Source of the DNA: the human T2T-CHM13v2.0 reference genome, Homo sapiens
DNA length: 64,000 nucleotides
Strand: one strand, 5' to 3'
Assembly (NCBI RefSeq): GCF_009914755.1
Contig: NC_060943.1
Part shown: piece by piece, positions 27,036 to 42,684 of the stretch
Numbering within the stretch: position 1 is the first letter of the stretch
How the letters are laid out: each line of letters starts with the position of its first letter
Notes under the pieces: generated by a model
Told to the model about the DNA's origin: nothing
What the model saw: the letters and a program-made list of their open reading frames with translations, nothing else
Database searches by the model: none
Translations under genes and position numbers: made by a program

Positions 27036-28830
27036 GGTGAGTGTGTGTATGGGTGTATGTGTGTCTGTGATGGTGGATGGCTGTGTTGTTGGGTGTGATT
27101 GTGAGTTTGTGTGAATGTTGTTTGCGTGTCACGGGGCCTGTGTTCACAAACTCACGTGTGCTTCTGTGTGGAACTGGGTGTGGGTTCTGAGGACTTCGGG
27201 GACCTGGCCAAGTCTCCCTCCCCCACCTGGGGGCCTCCTGGCACGGAAGGGGGTGACCAGCTGCCTGGGACCTCCGACTCCCCACAGGTTCAGGAGAGCC
27301 CCAGCTGATGAATATTCATGAGGTGGGGGGGCTGGCACCCACTGCCAACAGCTGCGTGTCCATTAGTCCCCCTCCCTGCTCTTCCTGTACTGACTGCAAA
27401 GGGGAGGGGGGGTGTCGGCGTGTGTCTGTCCCTGTTTCCAAGACTCGGGGGCGGGGGTGTCCTAGGGACAATCGTGGGGGCCCAGTCAGCATGCCTGGCT
27501 GCTTGTGTGGACGGCTAAGGGGCTGTCTCAATGTTGTGACAGGCACTGGGAGAGTGACTGTTGTGTGACAGGTTGTCCTTGTAATCGTGGTGAGGCTGTC
27601 ACCCACGGTTGCATTGTAGCTCCTTGGTCTGGGGACTGTGGGCGTTGTGTGGCAGCGTGAGTGAGCTGTGTACCTGTCACCTGCAACAGGGAGACTGTGA
27701 GTGTGTGCTATTCGAGTGACTGTGACCAGTGGTCTGTACCTACTGGCTGCCTGCTCTGTGACACAGTGACAACAAGGGTGTGTTATTGTGCTATTGGAAT
27801 AACTGGGTTGGTTCAAACCTTGATCAAGGGACAGCTGCGGTCTGCACCCTGGGGAGGCAGTGGTCAGAGCTGCTTTTCCTCCTTGTGACTGGGTGGGGCG
27901 GTGACTCCGTGTGGCCACGTGGCTAGCACAGCTGCAGGGACATGCGGACTGAGTATGTCAGTGTGCCTCTGCTGGCCAGTGTGACGTTGATGTGGTGTGA
28001 GGGTCAGAGTGTCGGGGTTCCTGGGAGGATGTGTGAGACCGTGCAGCTGAGGTGTGTGTCACCAGAATTGTCAAGGGTGTGACCGTAGTTCTTCATGTGA
28101 CAGCGTGGCTGAGGGTGTGATGGTGTTGCTGTGCAGGTGACACTGTGGCAGTGAATGCGTGGATCTTTGTGTGGTTGAAGGTGTGACAGTGATTGTGTTT
28201 GATGATCTGAACCAAAGGGCTATGACTGTCCTACCCTCACTTCCAGGCTGCACAGGGAGAGCTGGGTGCTGGAGTGAGGGGGCTCCTGGCATGGGATTGG
28301 CAGCTGCCTCGCCAGGGGCCGCACGTCAGCCTGAGACTGGGACACCTGGAGATCTGATGCCAGCTGGGGCACAGAACCTCCTCCCTCCATCTTCCCCTCC
28401 ATAGGCTGGGTTTGGAGGAGTGGCCTCTAGATGCAGCTGGGACCAGCAGGGGGTGGGGCGGGATGTGCTTCTCTGGTCTAGGGGACTCTGGCCTCTGGCT
28501 GGGTGGCCCTGGAGGCCCCAGGTTCCCAGCATACGTGGCTTGGCCAGGAACTCAGTGTGGCCGACTCAGCCCCTCTGATACCCACACCCTGGGACGGCTG
28601 AGCATTGCTGGCGGCCCCAGCGGCAGCGCACAGAGGCTCCTTTCACGAGCCAGGGCCAGGTTTCCAGGGCGGGTGGGTCTCCGGCTGGCCCGCTGCAAAT
28701 GAAACGTTTCCCCAGCTCCTTCCCTTTCGTCTCCAGATGAGCGACGGCCACAGGAGGCCCTGGCCAGGCTGTGCTGCCTAGGCAAGTGTGAGTGTGTGTC
28801 TGTGTTTCCCTGTGTGTGTGCACGATCTAG

Positions 28831-29421
<591 letters not shown>

Positions 29422-30753
29422 TTTGGTGACTTTTTGTGTGCTACATCTGTGGATGATTTTGAGAACATCAACGTGTGTGACCCATCGGGTACATGCAGTC
29501 CTGTGTGAGATTTTTGTGAACCTGTGTGACTTAGTGTGGCCTGTGTGTACCTGTGTAACTCAGCATGAGATTCTGGGAGTCCATGTGACTGTGCGTCTGT
29601 GTGTGTCTTTGCAACGCGGTGTATTGTCTGGGTCTCTATGGGGATCTATGTGATGGTGAAGGTCTTTGTGTGTATGACCTGGCTGTCACTCTGTGGGTGG
29701 CTCTGGGAAGGCCTGTGTGGGATTTTTGGCGTGACTGTGTGTGTTTGTATGTCTGTGTGATATTCTAGAAGGGTGTGTGATGGTATCTGGGTGACCCTGT
29801 GTCTGTGTGTCATTCTGGATTTTATCTGTGGGAACAGAGGAGGAGAGGAAAAGGGGGGAGGGGAGAGGGAAGGAGAAGGGTCTGTATTTCTGTGTGTCTG
29901 AGTGTGCCTGTGTATGTTTGGGTGCCCCTGAGTGAGTGTGATAGTGAGAGTCTGGTGTCTGCATTCACATGTGTGTGGTGTGGTTGTGGGTGTCCCTCGA
30001 GGTGTGCCTCAGAAGCAACGACCTGTAACTCCCCAAATTGAGTCCCTAATAGGGGCTTCTAGACCACCCTGGAAGGCAGACAGTGATTTCAAGGCTAGGA
30101 CCCCAGGCCCGGAGCACAGATCATGCCTACCACGCTAAGTACGGGGACATCAGGCCCTCTTGGTGGGAGTGGGGATATCCAGGTTCTACTGGGGGTGCCT
30201 AGAGCACCCTTTTCTCCCAGCCTGGCAGCACCCATGGCCTGGCTCCCTGCCTATGCTACATGCCAGATGTTTGCCCACCTCACCCAAGAGCCCTGCTCAG
30301 TTGCCAAGCAGCCCTGGAGCCTCACGTTGCCCGGCCCCACATTCTGTGCCCCAGAATGTGGCTGCCAGAGCCCAGATGTTTCAGCCCTCCCCTCACCCAC
30401 ATCCACACTGCCCGCAGCATCCTGGCCAGGTAGTGCCATGGGCCTGGCTGCCGCTTCCTGCTCCTCGTCCTACCCCAACACACCTGCATGGTAGGAACGC
30501 ACCTGCTGCTAGCCACAGCCAGGTGGGCAGCCTGGCAGGGAGGAATGTGGGGGATTCCAGCTGTGGCATGCCAGCTGTGCCCAGCCCCCTGGCGGCACCC
30601 TCCTCCCGTGAGATTTCTCGAAGGCCAGGTGTATCCTAATACTTGGGCCCCGGGGAGGGGGAGAGAGGGAGGGGCAGCGCTGCCCTCTCTGGCAGTCCCT
30701 CTGCCTTCCCATAAATTCTTCCCATTGCAGTTGTGGAGGGGAGCAGAGTGAGG

Positions 30754-30755
<2 letters not shown>

Positions 30756-30791
<36 letters not shown>
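30756..30791. repeat. (TG)n microsatellite, about 18 units
   Basis: Direct reading. Confidence 0.95.
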
Positions 30792-30793
<2 letters not shown>

Positions 30794-31260
30794 GAGGGTG
30801 CTGTCAGTGTAGAGGAGGGGTGCTGAATGTGGGGAAAGAACTTTGAATGAGGATGTGTGTGTGAGTGTGAGAGTGAGTGTCTTGTCTGTGTGAGTGTGGA
30901 TGTGGTGTGACAGTTGTGTTTGAATACAAGGAAGTGTGTGCGTGTGTGGCGTGTACATGGGGAGGGTGTTATGGGAGGAGTATGTGTATACAAATGGAAG
31001 TGTATGTGTGTTGTGTGTGTTTTTGTGTGTGAATGGAGGGATGAGTTGTGTGTGTGAATGAATAATAGGTGTTCTGGTGTGATACTGAGTGTCATAGAGT
31101 CCGTGACTGTGTGTGTGAAGGATGTGTGTGTGTGCACCTTTGGAAGTCTGGTGTCCTGTGTGTATGAATGGAAGGACAAGTTTGTGTTTGTGAATGAAGG
31201 ATGAGTGTTGTGTGGGTGTGAATGAAGGGTGTGTTATGTGTGTAAAAATGAAGGAGAGAT

Positions 31261-31558
31261 GGCCGGGCGCAGTGGCTCACGCCTGTAATCCCATCACTTT
31301 GGGAGGCTGAGACAGGCGGATCACAAGATCAGGAGATTGAGACCATCCTGGCTAACATGGTGAAACCCCCTCTCTACTAAAAATACAAAAACAAAATTAG
31401 CTGGGCGTGGTGGTGGGCGCCTGTAGTCCCAGCTGCTCGGGAGGCTGAGGCAGGAGAATGGTGTGAACCCGGGAGGCGGAGCTTACACTGAGCCAAGATC
31501 GCACCACTGCACTCCAGCCCGGGTGACAAGTGAGACTCCGTCTCAAAAAAAAAAAAAA
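31261..31558 (+). mobile_element. AluY inserted into the flank of the minisatellite
   Basis: Full Alu ggccgggcgcagtggctc...gagaatggtgtgaacccgggaggcggagctt...A-tail. The TSD-like aggagagat occurs on both sides (31252-31260 and 31561-31569). Confidence 0.92.
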
Positions 31559-31564
31559 GTAGGA

Positions 31565-32990
31565 GAGATATGTGTGTGGATGAAGGCTGGGTGTCGTGTA
31601 TATGTGGATGAAGGATGGGTGTTGTGTGTGTACATAAGGAAGGCTGGGTGTTGTGTGTGTGGATGAAGGCTGGGGTGTGTGCGCGCGTGTATGGAAGGCT
31701 GGGTGTTGTGTGTGTGCGTATGGAAGGCTGGGGGTGTGTGTGTGCGTATGGAAGGCTGGGTGTTGTGTGTGTGCGTATGGAAGGCTGGGGGTGTGTGTGT
31801 GCGTATGGAAGGCTGGGGGGTGTGTGTGTGCGTATGGAAGGCTGGGGTGTGTGTGTGTGCGTATGGAAGGTTGGGTGTTGTGTGTGTGCGTATGGAAGGC
31901 TGGGTGTTGTGTGTGTGCGTATGGAAGGCTGGGGGGTGTGTGTGCGCGTATGGAAGGCTGGGTGTTGTGTGTGTGCGTATGGAAGGCTGGTTGTTGTATG
32001 TGTGCAAATGGAAGGATGGGTGTTGTGTGTGTGCGTATGGAAGGCTGGGTGTTGTATGTGTGCGTATGGAAGGATGGGTGTTGTGTGTGTGCGTATGGAA
32101 GGATGGGTGTTGTGTGTGTGGATGAAGGATGGGCGTTGTGTGTGTGCATGTGAAAGGATGGGCGTTTGTGCATATGGAAGGCTGGGTGTTTTGTGTGTGC
32201 ATATGAAAGGCTGGGGGTGTGTGTGTGCATATGGAAGGCTGGGTGTTGTGTGTGTGCGTATGGAAGGCTGGGTGTTGTGTGTGTGTGTATGGAAGGCTGG
32301 GGGTGTGTGTGTGCATATGGAAGGCTGGGGTGTGTTTGTGTGCGAATGGAAGGCTGGGTGTTGTGTGTGTGCGTATGGAAGGCTGGGGGTGTGTGTGCGT
32401 ATGGAAGGCTGGGTGTGTGTGTGTGCGTATGGAAGGCTGGGTGTTTGTGTGCGTATGGAAGGCTGGGGTTGTGTGTGTGCGTATGGAAGGCTGGGGTTGT
32501 GTGTGTGCGTATGGAAGGCTGGGGGTGTGTGTGTGCGTATGGAAGAATGGGTGTTGTCTGTGTGGATGAAGGATGGGTGTTGTCTGTGTGGATGAAGGAT
32601 GGGTGTTGTGTGTGTGCATGTGAAAGGATGGGCGTTGTGTGTGCTTATGCAAAGCTGATGTGTGTGTGGATGAAGGATGTCGTGCATGTGTGTCAGTGAA
32701 GGCTGAGTGTGTGCATGTGTGTCAATGAAGGATGGATGTTGTGTGTGTGAATGAAGGATGGGTGTTGTGCATGTGTGTCAGTGAAGGATGGGTGTTGTGC
32801 GTGTGGATGAAGGATGAGTGTTGTGTATGTGAATTAAGGATAGGTGTTGTGTGTGTGAACAAAGGATAGGTGTTGTGTGTGTGGATGAAGGCTGGGTGTT
32901 ATTTGTGTGGGTGAAGGATGGGCATTGTGTGTGTGGATGAAGTATGAGTGTTTTGTGTGTGTGTGGATGAAGGATGGGCATGGTGTGTGC
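31565..32990. repeat. Minisatellite/VNTR, consensus ~GTATGGAAGGCTGGGTGTTGTGTGTGTGC (27-30 bp); homogeneous core ~31689-32545 (about 30 copies) with degenerate GATGAAGGATGGG flanks
   Basis: Direct reading. It produces the periodic six-frame ORFs (CAYGRLG, RMEGW, WKAG, HTHT). Confidence 0.97.
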
Positions 32991-33969
32991 GGTGGGGCTG
33001 GGTTGATGGTTTGAGCAGAGCCTAGGTCTGGGCCAGGTGCAAGGACCAGGAAGGCCATGAGGGACCATCAGCCCAGGAGCCCGGGGCCTGGGGGCTGGTG
33101 GTCACGGCTGGAGCACAGGCTGGCAGGTGGGGTAGGGCAGCCAGAGTTGGGGTTTCTGAGCCATGTGCCCCCTCACAGCCATTTGCAGGGGGGTGGGCAG
33201 GGTCTGCCTGGCTCTCAAGATCCTCCAAGCCCCCAGCTCCATGAAGGGTCTCACACCTCCCCGGGCCCTTTCCCACAGCTTCCCCCTCAGTCCCCCCACA
33301 GACCCACACTGCTCTGCTGTCCTCTTCACCCAGGACCCCCAGATCCCCCAGACATTGCCTCTGCTCCTTTCCACAGCCATCTGAGCCCCCGCCCTGCCTC
33401 CATCCCCCATCACTCCCTCAAAGCCCGCATGTCCCCAACTCCTTCTCCCAGACATCCCAGCCTCTCTAGGGCCCCTCAAAAGCCCCCAGACGCTTTTCCG
33501 TTCATCCCTTCTGCCTTTTCCAGCTCCCCTCCCCTCCCTACACCTGGACCCCCATTCTGTCCTCTACCCCTTTCCAGAACCATCCATTCAGGGGCCCAAC
33601 CCCCTTGATCCCCAAATCCCTTTCTGGCCCTTCCTCCAGCCCCTTACCGCTCCCAGCCCCCCACGGGGCCCCGCCCCTTCCCCTCTGCGCCCCCACCCCC
33701 ACCCCCGCTCCGCTTCCAACCCCTCCCCCGTCCGCCCCTTGGAGCCCCCTCCCTCTTCTGGGGCAGCGGTGGTGTGGAGGCAGGCAGCCGCAGCACTCCT
33801 GAAACTTTAAACGGTGTTAAAAGTTTCTGTTTACGAGAAACCCTTGAATTTTTAAGGACATATCGATTCCCTGCTCCACAGCCTTGCCTCGGTGGCGTGG
33901 CGGCCTCAGGCACAGTGGGGAGGCCCAGACTGGAGGGAGCCGGGGTTCCGAGGCCCCCAAGCACCGAAT

Positions 33970-37955
<3,986 letters not shown>

Positions 37956-38765
37956 TCATCAGTGTCATTCTGTACATCGGGGTGTACTGCCACAACTGCC
38001 AGTGTGTTCTGGCACTGCGATGTGTGTGTGTTGTGTATGTGTCTGCGTGTAGGAATTGTGTGTCTGGAAGGTGTCAGCGTGTGGCTGTGTGATCTTGCAT
38101 GTGTCTGTGTTCTGCAGGAACATGCGTCAGTGTGTGTGCATCAGTGTGCATCTCTATGTGTCATGCACTGGTGTGTCTTCGTGTATATCAGTGTGTGTCT
38201 ACGTGACGCCTGCTTTGGTGTATGTCTATACGCGGTTCCTTGTTGTGTGCCTGGATACCATGGTGGGACGGTGCATGTCAGAGCGTGGGTCGTGGGTGTT
38301 TTCCCAGACTGCTGTGTGTGTGTGCCCGTGTGTAGGGGTTGTGTGTCTGTGCCTTGTGTGCACTGGTGTCCGAGTGTGCTTTGTGTTCGAAGGCGGAACG
38401 TGTGGCCAGGCGTTCTGGACGTGACATGTGTGGCGGGGTCCGAGTCCCGCTGCGTGTCAGCGTGTGTCTGCGCTGGAACGCGGGCCAGCACGTGTCAGGG
38501 CGGCCGCGTCGGTGTGCGCCCCCGCGCGCGCGTGTGCGTGTGTTCGTGTGTGTGTGTGCATGTGTGTGCTTGTGTGTGTGCGCCGGCCGCCGCTCCCCCG
38601 CCCTGCCCGCCCCTCCCCGCGCCCCTCCTCCCGCCCGCGCCGCCCGCCCGCTCCCTCTCCCCGGAGTGCGCCGCTTCCAAACTTTGTCTAAACTTTCACT
38701 TTCACAGCGCGGCGGCTGCGGCGGCGGCGGCGGCGGGCGAGGGTGACCGGCCGAGCGGCGGCGGC

Positions 38766-38774
38766 ATGGAGTAG
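38766..38774 (+). other. Minimal uORF ATG-GAG-TAG in the NFIX 5'UTR
   Basis: ggcggcATGGagtag has G at -3 and G at +4. It is the only ATG I see between ~38690 and the main ATG. Confidence 0.75.
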
Positions 38775-39048
38775 ACGCGCGGCGGCAGCGGCGGCGGCGG
38801 CGGACGCGAGAGGCAGCGGCGAGCGCGGCGGCGGCGGCGGCAGCGGCGGCCCCGGAGCCGGCGGGGCCGAGCTTGCGAGCGGCGAGCGCGGAGCGGCGCC
38901 GGGCCGAGCGCGGGGCCGCGGGCCGGGCGGGCGCAGCGCGGCGGAGGCCGGAGGAGCCGAGCCGGAGCCCGAGCCCGAGCGCGGCCGCCGCCTGCCGGGC
39001 CTCCCCTCGCCGCGGCCGGCCGCCGCGCTCCCGCCCGGGCGCCCAGCT

Positions 39049-39075
39049 ATGTACTCCCCGTACTGCCTCACCCAG
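39049..39075 (+). CDS. NFIX: NFIX (nuclear factor I X) first coding exon, MYSPYCLTQ; the CDS continues beyond the window
   Basis: atgtactccccgtactgcctcacccag|gtaccg encodes the NFIX N-terminus of the NFI-family MYSPxCLTQ-DEFHPF motif. Phase-0 GT donor at 39076. Confidence 0.95.
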
Positions 39076-39342
39076 GTACCGGCCGCCGCCCCCGCGCGAC
39101 CGGGGGAGGGGAGCGGGCGCGGGAGGCCGGCCGGCGGCGCGGGCGGAGGGGACGCGCGGCGGCCGGGAAGGGGGGGCCGAGAGCCCGCGGGCCGCCGAGG
39201 GGTGCAGGCTGTGCCGCGGGGAGCCCAGGCACGCGTGCGGGCGTCACCGTGCGCGTGCGACCCTGGCCACCGGGCGGACTCCTTTTGGGGGTTCCGGGGG
39301 TGGCCAGCTGCGTCGTGGCGCTGCCCGTGGAGCGCAGGCGGG

Positions 39343-39351
39343 AGTGCGTGT

Positions 39352-39388
<37 letters not shown>
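39343..39388. repeat. (TG)n tract with CG ends
   Basis: gtgcgtgtacgtgtgtg...tgtgcgcgc. Confidence 0.92.
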
Positions 39389-39389
<1 letters not shown>

Positions 39390-42379
39390 TCGACTGGGGT
39401 GCGATGGGCAGCGGGACTCCGGCTGACCTGTGGGCTACTGTAGCGCGCACCCGGGCAGCGTGGTCGCTGGCAGTGTTTGCGGGGTTGACAGAGTGGCAAG
39501 AGGGTGGTCCCGAGGGCGCAGAGGGGACACTGGGTCCCGCGACGCTTCCTGGGGAGGGCGCAGCGGTTCCCGAGGGTGGCAGTGGCCGGCGTGCGTGGCG
39601 GCGGCCCTTGCGTGCGGCCGGGGTGCCTGGGGTGGGCCGAGCGGCCCGGGCGTCTCCCCAAAGTCTTTGTTTAGGCCTCACATGGGAGCGGGGCTAAGAA
39701 AATGGCGGGGCTCCCAAATTTCGGAGGGGCAGGGGAGGGGAGAGGGGGGCGGGCGCGCTGCCAGCGGTGGCCGCGCCTCTCCGACCCCGGACGTCGCAGC
39801 CTCTGCCCCCCCACCCCCAAACTTTCCTCGGCGCAAACTTTCTGGCCCCAGCGACCCGGGCTGCTGCGGAGTGGACCCGGCAGGCCTGGGGAATCCCGTC
39901 CCGTCGCCTGGAGGCGGGAGGGGCGGGAGGCAGCCGTGGACACAGCCGACAGTGCTGCGGCCACACCGTCGGGTCAGCCTCGGGCACAACAGCGCCGACC
40001 TTGGCGCGTTGCTAGAGCGCGTCCCGCCTGCAGCGAAGTTCCCTGCGCGGCGCACGGCTGCGGCAAAAGCTTCGAGGATGCCTGTCGGGCCACCCAACTC
40101 TCCCTGGGCTGTGGCCTGAGGCTCTAAGAGGGCACAGAAGCTGCCCAGAGTCCCACAGTGGCCCTGACAGCGTTGCCTGCAGGGCCAAGCCACAGCTGGT
40201 AACAGTCTCCGAAGAGGGGACATCTAGGGGCTGCTTAGCCCTGCTGCCAGCCAGGCCTGCATGTGGGGGTTCTCTAGGCCAGGCCCTAATTGTCCCCTCT
40301 GCCCAGCCTGATCCTTGTCAGCCATGTGCCAAGTGTGTCCACAGCTTACAGTGGCAGTCCACATGGGTATGGCTCCTACTTTGTCTGGGTCCTACCGGGA
40401 GTGTGCAGTGGTGTCAAGGGGCGAGGGGTTTGTCGGGGTGTGTGTCAGCTGTGGCTACACCACACTCCTGTATGCACAGGTGAGAGTGTATGCAAGTGTG
40501 AATCAATCTAGAGTCTGTGTGTAGCCCCTGTGGGCCGGCCATGGGCAGGCCTGCGTGGCATGGCCGTGTGTGTGGCCCAGGGAGCGGGTTTTCCTGTAGA
40601 AAGCAGGCCCAAGTACGTGTTGGCGAGGGCGCACCGGCATGCATACATGTTGCAGTGTGCATGCAGGTGTGAGCAGGCACCCTGAGCACCATGGCAGTGT
40701 GGGGAACCCCCACATCTGCACCTCCAGTTCCACGGCCACTCCATGTTGGGCGCCCCTCACAACAACTGCCTACCCAGCGGTGTCTGAGCTGGGCCTCTTT
40801 GGTGCTACACTTGGCTGGGCTGTGTGGCCGATGTTTGGGGCCTAGTGGAACCAAGACCCCACGCTCAAGCAGCCCCTTGCCCACCAGGCTGCCAGCCCGG
40901 CCTCCCATGCCAAGCACGCCAGACATCTGAGCCTGCTCCCCCATGGCTTGGGTGAGACACCAGCCCCTCAGATTTCACAGCACCCTGGGAGAGAAAATGC
41001 CTGTGGATACGCCGGTGACACGGCTAGGAAGGGGCTGGGGCGGCTGCGAGACCCAGGGCGATGGCCGGTGCTTGGCTCTGTGTGATTGTAGGCCCAGGTT
41101 ACGACAGTTCCAGTGTGCCAGGATGGCTGGAGAGGGGAGTGGGCATGGTGTCTCCAGGCTGCCAGCCCTTCATGGTGGGCAGGGAAACCCTTCAGCTCTG
41201 GGCAGGTGGCTGCTGTCGGCTGGTCAGTGGGGTCTGGCCTGCCCCTCCCTAACAATCACATCTCTGTTTTTACAAATCTTTCTGCTTCCATGGTTTGCCC
41301 CGCTGGTCTCTGTTTTTATGACAACCTCTTTCCTTTGCTGTCTTTTTCTCGGTCTGTTTTTATCGGTCTCTGGTGTATTCTGCCCTTTTCCATCTCTCTT
41401 TCTCCATCTCTGTCCTTTTGTATGTCTCTGACTGTCTCTGTCTCTGATTCCAGTTTTGGCCCCATCTCTGCTCCCCCCTCCACTGGCGTCTCGGACTCTC
41501 TCTCTCTCTGTCTCTCTGGCCTGCCTCTCTCTCTTTCCCTCTCTCTCTCTCCCTTTTCTTTTTTTCAAACCAGAATTGGCTTCGATTTTAAAGTCAATAA
41601 ATGATTGAGCAGGAACGAGCTTGGAGCAGCGGGGCCCTGGCGGGGAAAGGTACTGTGGGCGAGGGGGAAGGGCGGGGGGAAAAATCTCCTTCTAGAAAAA
41701 GCATCGAAATTCAGGGCGGCCGGGTGGGGCGGTTCCTGGAGCTGCTGGAGTCCATTGTAGCCACAGTCCTGAGTCTCAGGCGGAGAGAGGGGTGGGGGGT
41801 GGATGGATGGACCCCCATCCCCATCCCAACCCTGCCAAGAAACAGAGACACAACCAGGGTGTGAACTCACGTACACCACCATCACCGCCAAGATGGGGAT
41901 GTAAGTGTCCTGTTCACACCGATGTCCAGACCCACGACCATCGACGAGCCTACAGACCTACGGACACAGGAAACCGACGACTTGTGTTCACACTGTCACA
42001 CACACCCATTAACACACACGCACCTCTTGAAATGGGACACGTATATTGGTGTAGGCTTAGCGACACAGCAGTACCTCTTTGACGCACGTATGGACACAGG
42101 AAACTGTGGACTTGTGTTCACAACCACCCCCAGCGCACACATAAACACTCACAAACCCCTCGAGATGATACAGATAGCGACGAAGGCACATGGAGACCAC
42201 GACACCTCCCAGACTCATGGAGCCCTGAGCACATGCTTGGATACAGGTAGACACAAATGTGTGTTCACCCCCACACATGCTCACATGGACCCAAGGACGG
42301 ACAGGCAGATGGATGGATACACATCTTTACACAGAGACATAATGCAGTTGGCTCGCTCAGGTGTGTACACAAATAACTT

Positions 42380-42684
42380 TTCTTTTTCTATTTTTTTTTT
42401 TTTTGAGACGGAGCCTTGCTCTGTCGCCCAGGTTGGAGTGCAGTGGCGTGATCTCGGCTCACTGTAACCTCTGCCTCCCGGGTTCAAGCAATTCTCTGCC
42501 TCAGCTTCCCGAGTAGCTGGGATTACAGGTGCCCGCCACCACGCCCGGGTAATTTCTGTATTTTTTAGTGAAGATGGGGTTTCACCATCTTGGCCCGGCT
42601 GGTCTTGAACTTCTGACCTCGTGATCCACCTGCCTCGGCCTCCCAAAGTGCTGGGATTACAGGCATGAGCCACTGCACCCGGCC
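42380..42684 (-). mobile_element. Antisense Alu
   Basis: Poly-T head and full Alu consensus. Confidence 0.93.

Larger units (their letters stand above)
38400..40100 (+). promoter_or_regulatory. NFIX: NFIX promoter CpG island; 5'UTR ~38690-39048 with short GGC runs
   Basis: Extreme CpG and GC density, GC boxes at 38590-38650, and it surrounds the MYSPYCLTQ exon. The TSS position is inferred. Confidence 0.9.

Noticed and set aside
31377-32699. Long ORFs of 277-436 aa on both strands (His/Thr-rich or Cys/Val/Gly-rich)
   Set aside because: They are translations of a stop-poor minisatellite running into an Alu, open in nearly all frames, with no splice or promoter support.
40681-40700. REST/RE1-like ctgagcaccatggcagtg
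   Set aside because: The right half lacks the GGACAG spacing of the RE1 consensus, so the match is weak.
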